From assembly GCA_905234995.1 (NCBI GenBank), contig CAJOJV010000001.1:39458-103457 (forward strand): 64,000 bases of DNA, in the 5' to 3' direction. Shown here in pieces: positions 51,952 to 60,888 of the stretch. The DNA comes from an uncultured Eubacterium sp. GTDB lineage: Bacteria > Bacillota > Clostridia > Oscillospirales > Acutalibacteraceae. A model generated the notes under the pieces. The model made no database searches and was not told where the DNA came from. It saw only the letters and a list, made by a program, of their open reading frames with translations. Position numbers and translations under genes: made by a program. Position 1 is the stretch's first letter. The number at the start of each line of letters is the position of its first letter.

Positions 51952-52869
51952 TTACCTGACTTCCAGAATTTCAAATTCATAGGTGTAGTCTTTCAGCAAA
52001 ACAACGTATTTAAACTCGCCTGTTTCAAGCAAAGACTTAACTATCGGCTTATTGTTCAGTTCTTCCTTTGATGACGCATGAACGGATACGGCGAAGGAAA
52101 CGCCAGACTGAAAGCCGTCCTTAATTCTTTCAACCTCTGATAAGCTGCTGATTTCGTCACATACAATTATCTCCGGCGAAAGCGTGCGCACGGCAAGCTC
52201 AATACCCTTTTGCTTTGAAAAGCCCGTGATAACATCAGTGTTTACGCCAACGTCAGCAAGGATTTCCGAACCGTTTTTATACGCAATTTCATTTCTTTCA
52301 TCTATTATCGAAACGCGTCTGTATTTATTGCTATATCCGCCTGAAAGAAGCCTTGCAAAATCACGCAGAAAGGTTGTCTTACCACCTGATGGCGGAGCTG
52401 CAACGATAATGCTCGGCAGCTCGTTAACGTAAAGCATATTCAGGACAGGCTTTGCGCAATCCTTAATTTCGCGCGATATTCTGATATTTAACGATGATAT
52501 ATCTTTAACCGACGAAATCACTCCGTCGCTAATAACAGCGGTTGAACAAACGCCCACTCTGTTTCCGCCAGAGGCTGTGATAAAGCCGTTTTTGAGATTA
52601 TCAATCTCACAATGCACGGAATAATTGCAAAGCTTTTTAAAAATCAAATCAAATTCATCGTTTTTAACAACATATGCGGTATTTATATAATGATTAACAA
52701 GCTTCCCCGTTGCGGTTATAAATAAGGATTTGCTGCCTAAAACTAATATTAGCGGCTTGTTTCTGCGGATTCGAAGCTCATTGATTTGCTTTAACGCCTC
52801 CGTAGTTAATTGTGAAAGCGCAAAGTTAATGCCGTCCGAAAGGCTTGGCAATATTTGAGATATGCCCAT
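51952..52869 (-). CDS. spoIIIAA: stage III sporulation protein AA (AAA+/secretion-type ATPase)
   Basis: Walker A APPSGGKTTFLRD and Walker B IIVCDEI. GAGGTGG precedes the ATG at 52869 (MGISQILPSL); the track start at 52932 lies in the promoter region. Confidence 0.9.
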   Translation of the reverse strand: MGISQILPSLSDGINFALSQLTTEALKQINELRIRRNKPLILVLGSKSLFITATGKLVNHYINTAYVVKNDEFDLIFKKLCNYSVHCEIDNLKNGFITASGGNRVGVCSTAVISDGVISSVKDISSLNIRISREIKDCAKPVLNMLYVNELPSIIVAAPPSGGKTTFLRDFARLLSGGYSNKYRRVSIIDERNEIAYKNGSEILADVGVNTDVITGFSKQKGIELAVRTLSPEIIVCDEISSLSEVERIKDGFQSGVSFAVSVHASSKEELNNKPIVKSLLETGEFKYVVLLKDYTYEFEILEVR

Positions 52870-52885
52870 AAACCCACCTCGGTAA

Positions 52886-52914
52886 GATATATGAACATCA
52901 ATATATAAATATTC
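52886..52914 (-). promoter_or_regulatory. sigma-E (mother-cell) type promoter for the spoIIIA operon
   Basis: The minus strand reads GAATATT (52914..52908), a 14-nt spacer, then CATATATC (52893..52886). The Bacillus sigma-E consensus as I recall it is ZHATAXX-14-CATACAHT, so the -35 matches fully and the -10 matches 6 of 8. Confidence 0.55.
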
Positions 52915-52924
52915 CACTTTGCAA

Positions 52925-52953
52925 TTGAACATTTGAATTGAATGTGTTAATAT
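52925..52953 (+). promoter_or_regulatory. sigma-A promoter with extended -10 for the GtrA-YfhO gene
   Basis: TTGAAC (52925..52930), a 17-nt spacer ending in TGt, then TAATAT (52948..52953). AGGAG and the ATG at 52984 follow. Confidence 0.55.
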
Positions 52954-52983
52954 ATGTTTTAGATTTTAATTTTAGGAGTTTAT

Positions 52984-55900
52984 ATGGATATAACGGTTTC
53001 AACAAAGAAGCGCTTCACAAATGCTTTTTTTAACGGTGAGGTTATAAACTATATTATTTCTGTTTTGGCTTCTTTTCTTACAATAATTTGCTTTAAACAG
53101 CTTTTTAAAACCTTTTTCGGGATTAAAACAAATATCGCTTGTCTGCTTGCATTTATAATCGGTGAGCTTGTTCTGTTCCTTTTGGAAAAATTCTTTGTAT
53201 ACAGAAGCAACGCGCTCAACGGCGGCTTTCTGCAGATTATATATGCAATACTTAACGCAGGCGTTCATCTCGGTTTTTTTGCCGCATTTTCTTTTCTCGG
53301 CAATTTAATCGGCATAGCGTCATCAGCGATTTGGCTGTTTGCCTTTGTCTTTATTTCAATATTGAATTATGCCGCGTCAAGAATACTGATTTTTGACTGC
53401 TTAAAAAACGCAAGCGAGTTTAAAAAAGGCAGAGTTTACAGATGCTTTTTCAGAAACAGATTTGTTGTGCTTTCAGCCGTCGTTTCATTTTTGCTGCTTG
53501 CATTTATTTATTCCGTTTATAAAACCTTTCCGTTTGGAGACATAACTATTCTCAGAATGGATTTATATCATCAGTACGGGCCGCTTTTCACGGAGCTATA
53601 CGACAGAGTCGTTCAGCGAAAAAGCTTCCTTTACAGCTGGACCTCGGGCGGAGGCTCAAGCTTCCTCGGAAATTATTTCAACTATCTTGCAAGCCCGTTT
53701 TCCGCATTAATTTTCCTTTTTGACAGGAAGGATATTCCCTACGCAATTTCTATGATTGCAGGGCTTAAAAGCGTTTTCAGCGCTGCGTTTTTCACCTTCT
53801 ATATCAAAAAAAGCCTCAGCAGACATTCTGCAGCTTCTGCGGCTTTTGGCGTTATGTATTCCTTAAGCGCATATTTTCTTGCTTATTACTGGAATGTTAT
53901 GTGGCTTGACGGAATGATGATTCTTCCGTTAATAACACTCGGAATTGAGAATATTGTTAACAAAAGAAAAAACGGACTTTTTCTGATTTCCTTAGTATAT
54001 ATTTTTTATTCAAGCTACTATATCGGATATATGACGGCGATATATTCCGTAGTTTATTTTCTTGCATACTTTCTGCTCACATCTCCCGATAATCCTATTA
54101 AATTTACTTCAGAAAAAGGCGGCTTTGCAGGGTTTATCGACAGATTAAAGAACAACAGATTTGTTGACAGAGGGCTTGCCTTTGCCTCAACCTCCGTTAT
54201 TGCAGGATTAATCTGCGCGGCATTTTTGATTCCCGTATTCTTTATTTTAAGAAGCTGCAGCGCAACCTCCGATGATTTTCCGTCAGGATTAAGCATATAT
54301 TTTAATCTTTTTGATTTTTTACAGACGCATTTTGCAGGTCTGAAAACAACGATACGTTCAAGCGGAGAGGACGTGTTACCTAATATATACTCCTCTGTTT
54401 TAGCGCTGATACTCGTTCCCCTGTTTATGATTAACAAGGAAATCAGAATCAGAGAAAAAACGATTTATGCTTTGCTGATAGGCTTTTTCCTTATATCGTT
54501 TAACCTTAATTATGCAAACTTTTTCTGGCACGCACTTCATTTCCCGAATGATTTGCCGTACAGATTCTCTTATATGTACTCTTTCCTGTTGCTTGTGATT
54601 GCATTTAAGAGTCTTATGAAATTAAAGGGTATCGACATAAAGGAAATCGGAATTTGCTCATTTATATGGATTGCAATTATTGCCGTTTCGTCTGAGCTTC
54701 CCACGGAAAAATTCAGAGAAGCTACGCCGTATATTTGCCTCGGCTTCATTCTTACATGGACGCTCGTGCTGTTTCTCATTAAGAACAAAACCTACACAAA
54801 GAGCATTATTTCTTTGATATTCTTTGCTGCCGTTATCTGCGAGGCTATTCTCGGCGACATTAATTCCGATTCTTTAAGCTTTTATAACAGCCTCAAGGAT
54901 TACAACGTTAATTATTCAGATTACACAGCCGCCTCTGATTACATTAGGGAAAACGATGACGGCGATTTCAGATATGAGCTTTGCAGGCTTAACACGCGAA
55001 TGGACGATTGCCTTTACGATTTAGAGGGAATGAGTATATTCTCATCAATGGCTTATGAAAAATATTCGGGTCTTCAATACTCTCTCGGCAACTACGGCAA
55101 CAGAATTAACAGCTTCACTTATAACACGCAAACCCCGGTTTATAACTTAATGTACAACATTAAGTATCTTATTTATAAAAACGAGGGCACGCGTCCGTCA
55201 ACTCAACTTTTCACAAAATACTACAACGTCAACGAGGAATGCTCAGTTTATGAAAATGATTATTTCCTGCCGAAGGCATTTTGTGTAAACAGAGACATTG
55301 ATATCTGGAGCACCGCGGAGGGCAATCCGTTTACTGTTCAGGCTGATTTCTTTACGCTTGCAACGGGCTTTTCAGGGGTGTTCACACCCGTTCAATTCAC
55401 AAGCACAAGCTTCACGGGCTTAAGCGGCAACGATATTACCGAAATGGGCACGCAATGGATTACAAAGCAGGCAGGCACAAGCTATTCAACTCTTGATTTT
55501 TCCTTTGACGTACAAAGCAGCGGAAACACATATATTTATGTTTCATGCAAGGAATTATCAAACATAGATGTGTCAACCGAAGATTCTGTAAACAGCTATA
55601 ATATCAGCACGCCATATATCATTGATTTAGGCTACTACGATGAGGGCAGCCACATTAACGTTTCTGTTGACTGTAGCGGGCTGAAGGATGGCGAAAGCGG
55701 AGTCGAAATTTTTGCATACAGCCTTAATCAGGAGGTGCTTGACGCAGGCTATAACGCGCTGAAAGATGGCGCAATGGAGGTTACAAAGTCAACTGACACA
55801 AAGCTTATCGGCACGGTTGTATCAAGCGACAACAACATTCTTTATTCCTCAATCCCCTATGACGAGGGCTGGAGCGTTTATATTGACGGCGAAAAGCAAA

Positions 55901-56118
55901 AAACCTTTGAAATCGGCGATTGCCAGCTTGGCGTTATGATTAAGCCCGGCGAACACACAATTGAATATTCTTACTCTCCTAAAGGTCTTAAAGCAGGCGT
56001 TGCCGTCAGCGCCGCAACGATTATCTGCCTTATCGCCTATGCTGTTTACGAGGCAACTAAAAAGCCAAAAGAAACAGCAAATAAATCAAATGGTGACAAT
56101 TTAGTTAAAACTATGTAA
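52984..56118 (+). CDS. GtrA-like domain fused to YfhO family membrane glycosyltransferase
   Basis: 1044 aa. Residues ~1-140 form four TM helices ending in NYAASRILIFD (GtrA-like). The remainder carries MDLYHQYGPLF...SWTSGGGSSFLGNYFNYLASPF and many TM helices (YfhO family), plus a large extracytoplasmic C-terminal domain and a final TM. Confidence 0.8.
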   Translation: MDITVSTKKRFTNAFFNGEVINYIISVLASFLTIICFKQLFKTFFGIKTNIACLLAFIIGELVLFLLEKFFVYRSNALNGGFLQIIYAILNAGVHLGFFAAFSFLGNLIGIASSAIWLFAFVFISILNYAASRILIFDCLKNASEFKKGRVYRCFFRNRFVVLSAVVSFLLLAFIYSVYKTFPFGDITILRMDLYHQYGPLFTELYDRVVQRKSFLYSWTSGGGSSFLGNYFNYLASPFSALIFLFDRKDIPYAISMIAGLKSVFSAAFFTFYIKKSLSRHSAASAAFGVMYSLSAYFLAYYWNVMWLDGMMILPLITLGIENIVNKRKNGLFLISLVYIFYSSYYIGYMTAIYSVVYFLAYFLLTSPDNPIKFTSEKGGFAGFIDRLKNNRFVDRGLAFASTSVIAGLICAAFLIPVFFILRSCSATSDDFPSGLSIYFNLFDFLQTHFAGLKTTIRSSGEDVLPNIYSSVLALILVPLFMINKEIRIREKTIYALLIGFFLISFNLNYANFFWHALHFPNDLPYRFSYMYSFLLLVIAFKSLMKLKGIDIKEIGICSFIWIAIIAVSSELPTEKFREATPYICLGFILTWTLVLFLIKNKTYTKSIISLIFFAAVICEAILGDINSDSLSFYNSLKDYNVNYSDYTAASDYIRENDDGDFRYELCRLNTRMDDCLYDLEGMSIFSSMAYEKYSGLQYSLGNYGNRINSFTYNTQTPVYNLMYNIKYLIYKNEGTRPSTQLFTKYYNVNEECSVYENDYFLPKAFCVNRDIDIWSTAEGNPFTVQADFFTLATGFSGVFTPVQFTSTSFTGLSGNDITEMGTQWITKQAGTSYSTLDFSFDVQSSGNTYIYVSCKELSNIDVSTEDSVNSYNISTPYIIDLGYYDEGSHINVSVDCSGLKDGESGVEIFAYSLNQEVLDAGYNALKDGAMEVTKSTDTKLIGTVVSSDNNILYSSIPYDEGWSVYIDGEKQKTFEIGDCQLGVMIKPGEHTIEYSYSPKGLKAGVAVSAATIICLIAYAVYEATKKPKETANKSNGDNLVKTM

Positions 56119-56124
56119 CTAAGG

Positions 56125-56153
56125 TTTACATTAAATAAATAATAATGTAAAAT
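56125..56153 (+). promoter_or_regulatory. sigma-A type promoter for prs
   Basis: TTTACA (56125..56130), a 17-nt spacer, then TAAAAT (56148..56153). AAGGAG and the ATG at 56212 follow. Confidence 0.55.
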
Positions 56154-56211
56154 ACAGGCGAAATTAATAATGCCACGGTGATTTTCACCATTAAAGCAAA
56201 GGAGATTCGTT

Positions 56212-57390
56212 ATGGCAAGATTAACTGCACTTCCGTTAGACAACATTCCTTACGGACCGCTCGGTATTATTGCAATGCCCGGATGTGAGGCTCTCGCTGA
56301 AAAGATTGATAAGTATCTCGTTCAATGGAGAAAAACTCAGGCACAGGAGCACAAGGATAACATCTGCTTCTACGGCTATGCACGGGACACTTATCTTATC
56401 AACGTTAGTGTTCCGCGTTTCGGAAGCGGCGAAGGCAAAGCCGTTATTAACGAGAGCATCAGAGGTTATGACCTTTATATCGTTACCGATTGCTTTAACT
56501 ACAGCGTAACCTACAAAATGTACGGAATGACAGTTCCTAAGTCGCCGGACGACCATTACTCTGACGTTAAAAGAATTATCTCCGCAGTTTCATCAAAGGC
56601 AAAGCGCATTTCCGTAATTATGCCGATGCTTTATGAAGGCCGCCAGCATAAAAGAGCAAGCCGCGAATCGCTTGACTGCGCAATGGCTCTACAGGAGCTT
56701 GTTGAGCTTGGTGTTGAAAACATAATCACCTTTGACGCGCATGACCAGAGAGTGCAGAACTCCATTCCTCACAAATCCTTTGAGAACGTTATGCCGACCT
56801 ATCAGATGATTAAAACGCTTGTTAACACGGTTGACGATTTAACCGTTGATAAGGACCACCTTATGATTATCTCACCCGACGAGGGTGCGCTTTTCAGATG
56901 TATTTACTTTGCAACCCAGCTTGGCGTAAATCTTGGTATGTTCTATAAAAGGCGCGATTATACACGAGTTGTTAACGGCAGAAATCCGATCGTTGAGCAT
57001 CAGTATCTCGGCGATTCCGTTTGCGGCAAGGATATCATTATCGTTGACGATATGATTTCCTCAGGCGAATCAATGCTTGACGTTGCAAGAAAGCTCAAGG
57101 ATCTCGGCGCAGGCAGAATATTCGTCTGCACAACCTTCGGCCTTTTTGCTAACGGACTTGAGGTATTCGATAAAGCTTATGAGGAAGGCACCTTTGCAAG
57201 AGTATTCACAACAAACGGCGTTTATCAGACCCCCGAGCTTCTTTCAAGAGAATGGTACACCTCCGTTGACCTCTCCAAATACATCGCGTATTTCCTTGAT
57301 ACGCTTAACCACGATTTATCTGTTGCAACTCTGCTTGATACCTCGCAGAAGATTGACAATATTTTAAGAGAAAAAGGACTGAAAGCATAA
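56212..57390 (+). CDS. prs: ribose-phosphate pyrophosphokinase (long form)
   Basis: 392 aa. Has the PRPP synthetase N-terminal domain, the DAHD motif and the PRPP-binding loop IIVDDMISSGES. It is longer than the classical ~315-aa Prs. Confidence 0.85.
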   Translation: MARLTALPLDNIPYGPLGIIAMPGCEALAEKIDKYLVQWRKTQAQEHKDNICFYGYARDTYLINVSVPRFGSGEGKAVINESIRGYDLYIVTDCFNYSVTYKMYGMTVPKSPDDHYSDVKRIISAVSSKAKRISVIMPMLYEGRQHKRASRESLDCAMALQELVELGVENIITFDAHDQRVQNSIPHKSFENVMPTYQMIKTLVNTVDDLTVDKDHLMIISPDEGALFRCIYFATQLGVNLGMFYKRRDYTRVVNGRNPIVEHQYLGDSVCGKDIIIVDDMISSGESMLDVARKLKDLGAGRIFVCTTFGLFANGLEVFDKAYEEGTFARVFTTNGVYQTPELLSREWYTSVDLSKYIAYFLDTLNHDLSVATLLDTSQKIDNILREKGLKA

Positions 57391-58077
57391 ATGAGCGAAG
57401 ATAATAAAGACTATTTTGGCTTGAATAACAAAGAGGAAGAACTTAAGCCTGCTGAAGGCGGCAAGCTAAATGAAGATGCTTCTGCGGAAAAGGCTGGTGA
57501 AAAACCCGCCAAGGCAAAGCTTACCTTTTCAATCGGTCAGGTTATCCTGATTGTTGTAATAGCACTCATTGCCGCATTCGCAATCGGCGTTACCACAGTC
57601 AGCCTAATTAAAGACGTTAACCCCGTTTCTTATATTTCCGGCGAGCTTCACAAGGCTAAGCTTGTTAATAAGTGGCAAAGCCAGGACGCTCCAGGGCTTT
57701 CGGCATACGAATTCTTTGAAGACGGAACCTATAGCTCATATATTTCAACCTTCTCCTTCAAAGGTAATTACTCTGTTCAGGGCGATAAGCTGACGCTGAC
57801 TAATCCTGAATCCGGTCAAACTATAGTTTATCAATACAGCATTGTCGGTAATACGCTCACAATTACGCTAATAGAGGAAAACGGAGTTCAGTTTAACGAC
57901 AGAAATCCGCTTAAGTTTGACAGGGTTGATATGTTCAATCAAAAATCCTTGTCCGATATGCTTGAGGATTTACAGGAACAGGCAGAAGCTTCAACCGAAG
58001 AGGATACTTCTGAGGAAGTAACAAGCGAAGAAGCAACTTCTGAGGAAGCCGCAACCGAGGTAACTACAGCTGAATAA
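57391..58077 (+). CDS. hypothetical membrane-anchored protein with lipocalin-like (DUF5640-like) domain and acidic TSEE-repeat tail
   Basis: 228 aa with one TM (VILIVVIALIAAFAIGV) and a beta-rich segment (FEDGTYSSY...GNYSVQGDKLTL...YSIVGNTLTI). The C-terminus reads EEDTSEEVTSEEATSEEAATE. The ATG immediately follows the prs TAA. Confidence 0.6.
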   Translation: MSEDNKDYFGLNNKEEELKPAEGGKLNEDASAEKAGEKPAKAKLTFSIGQVILIVVIALIAAFAIGVTTVSLIKDVNPVSYISGELHKAKLVNKWQSQDAPGLSAYEFFEDGTYSSYISTFSFKGNYSVQGDKLTLTNPESGQTIVYQYSIVGNTLTITLIEENGVQFNDRNPLKFDRVDMFNQKSLSDMLEDLQEQAEASTEEDTSEEVTSEEATSEEAATEVTTAE

Positions 58078-58095
58078 CAGATTTAAAAAAAACTA

Positions 58096-58125
58096 AAAGC
58101 ACTCTTGAAAAAGAGTGCTTTTTAC
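58096..58125 (+). terminator. rho-independent terminator after the 57391..58077 gene
   Basis: AAAGCACTCTT-gaaa-AAGAGTGCTTT followed by TTAC TTT. Confidence 0.8.
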
Positions 58126-58205
58126 TTTATAAAAGTCCCCTGCTCTGCCAATAATAATAGTGTGCTTATTTCTTACCATTACATAAACATAAAGGGAATG
58201 ATTAT

Positions 58206-58976
58206 GTGCAGTATAACAAGGTTGAAATATGTGGGATAAACACAAGCAGCATTAAGGTGCTCAGCGAAAAGGAAAAGATGGAGCTTTTAAGAAAAAGCCG
58301 TGCAGGCGATAAAGCTGCACGTGATAAGCTGATTGAGGGTAATCTGCGCCTCGTACTATCCGTCGTGCAGCGTTTTCAGAACAGGGGTGAAAATCCCGAC
58401 GACCTTTTTCAGGTGGGCGTTATCGGCCTCATTAAGGCTATTGACAACTTCAATTTAGACCTCGACGTAAAATTCTCAACGTATGCAGTCCCTCTTTGCA
58501 TAGGCGAGGTGAGGAGATATTTGCGAGATAACAGCTCATTGCGCGTGAGCCGTAGCTTGAAGGACACCGCATACAAGGCAATGAAGGTTAAAGAGGAGCT
58601 CACAAACAAGAATAATACGGAGCCTACGGTTGAGGAAATTGCCGAGGCAATAGGCGTTAAAAAATCCGACGTTGTGCTTGCACTTGAAGCGGTCGTTGAA
58701 CCCGTTTCGCTGTACGAGCCCGTGTATAATGACGGAGGCGATACCATATACGTTATGGACCAGGTAGGCGACCGAAACACAGACAGCGACTGGATTGACG
58801 AGATTTTGATACGTGATGAAATTAAGAATTTAGAGCCGCGAGAAAAGAATATTTTATATCTTCGCTTTATGCAGGGCAAAACGCAAATGGAGGTTGCGCA
58901 GGAAATCGGAATCAGCCAGGCTCAAGTCAGCCGCCTTGAAAAAAACGCCCTTCGCAGAATCAAAGAGCACAAGTAA
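58206..58976 (+). CDS. sigG: sporulation (forespore) sigma factor SigG
   Basis: 256 aa, GTG start. NKVEICG..., GNLRLVLSVVQRF, DDLFQVGVIGLIKAIDNF, KFSTYAVP, IYVMDQ and GISQAQVSRLEK align closely by eye with Bacillus subtilis SigG. Confidence 0.88.
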   Translation: MQYNKVEICGINTSSIKVLSEKEKMELLRKSRAGDKAARDKLIEGNLRLVLSVVQRFQNRGENPDDLFQVGVIGLIKAIDNFNLDLDVKFSTYAVPLCIGEVRRYLRDNSSLRVSRSLKDTAYKAMKVKEELTNKNNTEPTVEEIAEAIGVKKSDVVLALEAVVEPVSLYEPVYNDGGDTIYVMDQVGDRNTDSDWIDEILIRDEIKNLEPREKNILYLRFMQGKTQMEVAQEIGISQAQVSRLEKNALRRIKEHK

Positions 58977-58978
58977 AA

Positions 58979-59008
58979 AAGCAAGGCATCATTTGATGTC
59001 TTGCTTTT
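58979..59008. terminator. bidirectional terminator shared by sigG (+) and the PqqD/kinase operon (-)
   Basis: AAGCAAGGCATCA-tt-TGATGTCTTGCTT forms a 13-bp stem including one G-U pair. It is flanked by AAAAAA on the left and TTTTCGTTT on the right, and overlaps the last codons of the 58989..60164 gene. Confidence 0.7.
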
Positions 59009-60164
59009 CGTTTAGCTCAAAGGCTTTATATATTTCAAATCTGTCATTCGCACTGCTTAAGTCCTTAACTGCGCCTCCGTGCAAGGCAGCTTTAATGCCC
59101 CTGAACAAATAACGAAACGCCTGATAAATAAAAGCAAAGTGCCTGAGAAAAGGATGTTTTTGGCAGGCCTTCCAATTTTCCTGCCCGCTTGTCTGGAGCA
59201 TTTTAAACAGCTCTCTGTTTTTAATTGCTTTTTTTATTCTTAATGAAACACGCTCAGCGTCCGTTTCCTCTCTGCCGGTTTTGCTGCCGAAGTTACCCGC
59301 TTCAAAAATGCATTCCATAATAAACTCAAGGCGAGGAGCATCAACCTCATTGCACCACAGGATTTCGTCAGGCAGGGCAAGATATTTCCGGCAAAGCCTT
59401 GTAATTATAATGGCAAAATCGGTTAAGCCGCAGGCATCTGCCTTTGGCATAAAATCATTACGCCAGAAATCCAAATCAGAATGAGAATGAACAAACATTT
59501 CCCAATCTGTAATTTGGCGCAGACCCAAGCCCTGCCCTAAAATATGGTGGCGTATATGAGCCAAAATCAAAAGCCCGTTTATTGCCTCAGGAAGTACGGG
59601 AACGCAAAAGCCGTTAATACTGAGCTGCTGAATGTCGGAAAAAGACTCTGCAAGATATTCCTCAAGCCTCGGGCAATCCGTGCTGAAGCAATAATGAAGC
59701 TCAATACAAACGCCGTTCTTAGCATATGCCGCGTGTCGGTTTATATCCTCATGGTCAAGCAGATAAGCGTTATTAATTAAAACATCCTTTGCGCGCTCGT
59801 AATCCTCAACAGGAACGAGAATATCAATATCCCCCATTATGCGATTATGAGGGATGGGATAATACTTTGCTGCGCTGATTCCTTTAATAATAACAGAAGA
59901 AATCCGGTTATCCGAAAGAAGCTTTACAAGCATATTCTGCTCATAGAGCACTTTCATATAATGAGCACGGCAGCTCATCTGAGTTTCCTTAAAGCGAGCG
60001 CCATTCTCAGCAGGAACGGAGTCTGCGATAAGCGAGGTTACGGTTTGCTCAACGGATTCATCATATACTACATTCCAGTCAATACTGTCCGGAAGCTCAA
60101 TCGGGCACTGAAACAGAGCATTTTTAATTAATTCAAGCAAAACGCTTTGTTCTTTTTCAATCAT
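58989..60164 (-). CDS. uncharacterised nucleotidyltransferase (NTP_transf_5 / PF14907-like)
   Basis: 391 aa. The segment IIKGISAAKYYPIPHNRIMGDIDILVPVEDYERAKDVL matches my recollection of the family hallmark (KG..a...Y....R...DiDlLV). Overlaps the upstream gene by 8 nt. Confidence 0.7.
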   Translation of the reverse strand: MIEKEQSVLLELIKNALFQCPIELPDSIDWNVVYDESVEQTVTSLIADSVPAENGARFKETQMSCRAHYMKVLYEQNMLVKLLSDNRISSVIIKGISAAKYYPIPHNRIMGDIDILVPVEDYERAKDVLINNAYLLDHEDINRHAAYAKNGVCIELHYCFSTDCPRLEEYLAESFSDIQQLSINGFCVPVLPEAINGLLILAHIRHHILGQGLGLRQITDWEMFVHSHSDLDFWRNDFMPKADACGLTDFAIIITRLCRKYLALPDEILWCNEVDAPRLEFIMECIFEAGNFGSKTGREETDAERVSLRIKKAIKNRELFKMLQTSGQENWKACQKHPFLRHFAFIYQAFRYLFRGIKAALHGGAVKDLSSANDRFEIYKAFELNEKQDIK

Positions 60165-60888
60165 TCCTCATACCCTCATAAGCGGTAATTGCTGCATCAG
60201 GCAGCATATTGCAGCCAAGCCTGTAAAACCTCGTTGCAGCGCCGAATTTTTTAATAAGATTCATCGTTTTTAACATAGCCTCGGGATTTTCCGGTCTGTA
60301 AACCTGCTGAAACAATGCAGGAATAACCTCTGAAAACTTAACCTCGAAAATTTTGTTTTCCGCAGAGCGTTCAAGAAAGCAGACTGCTTTTAACAAAGCC
60401 GAGGTATTTTTATTAATATTCTCCTTGCCGGACCAAGGAGTGCCGTAAATAATGCAGCCGTCATCCGCAATTCTTATCAGCGGCTTATCTCCGTTAATAA
60501 TAAACGAGCCTTCAATATTTTCAAGCCACAATCGTGAATGAGTTGTTTTCCCAACGCCTGACGGAGCAGTAAATAAATAAGCCTTACCATCAGCACAAAC
60601 GGCAGAGCCGTGCATAAGAAGCACGTTATAGTCAAGAAGCCCTACGGCAATTTTTCTGTATACTGCAAGCGTTTCGAGATATGCATCGGAAAAAGCAACA
60701 ATCGGCCTGCCCTCAAAAGCTGCCTCTTTATTTGATTTATCTCGTTCAAAATCAATATCGCTTTGAGTAATTGAAACCGAAAATGCCTCAGGTTCATCGC
60801 AGATATAATCTCTGCACATATTAAATACTTCTTCAAAAATCGAATTTATGCCGATCGTTACATCGGCAAGCTTAATTTTAAAAAGCAT
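60157..60888 (-). CDS. HprK-related P-loop kinase-like protein
   Basis: 243 aa. LLMHGSAVCADGKAYLFTAPSGVGKTTHSRLW...INGDKPLIRI...GTPWSGK resembles the HPr kinase C-terminal/PEPCK-like P-loop fold of the peptide Ser kinases in Firmicute lasso clusters. Its ATG shares one base with the upstream TGA. Confidence 0.7.
   Translation of the reverse strand: MLFKIKLADVTIGINSIFEEVFNMCRDYICDEPEAFSVSITQSDIDFERDKSNKEAAFEGRPIVAFSDAYLETLAVYRKIAVGLLDYNVLLMHGSAVCADGKAYLFTAPSGVGKTTHSRLWLENIEGSFIINGDKPLIRIADDGCIIYGTPWSGKENINKNTSALLKAVCFLERSAENKIFEVKFSEVIPALFQQVYRPENPEAMLKTMNLIKKFGAATRFYRLGCNMLPDAAITAYEGMRND

Noticed and set aside
58126-58205. Sigma-F/sigma-G type promoter upstream of sigG
   Set aside because: I looked for GHATR-N18-CATXHTA and GCATR-N15-GGHRARHTX patterns. 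Only loose AT-rich matches such as CAATAATAATA turned up, with no properly spaced -35, so the evidence is not sufficient.
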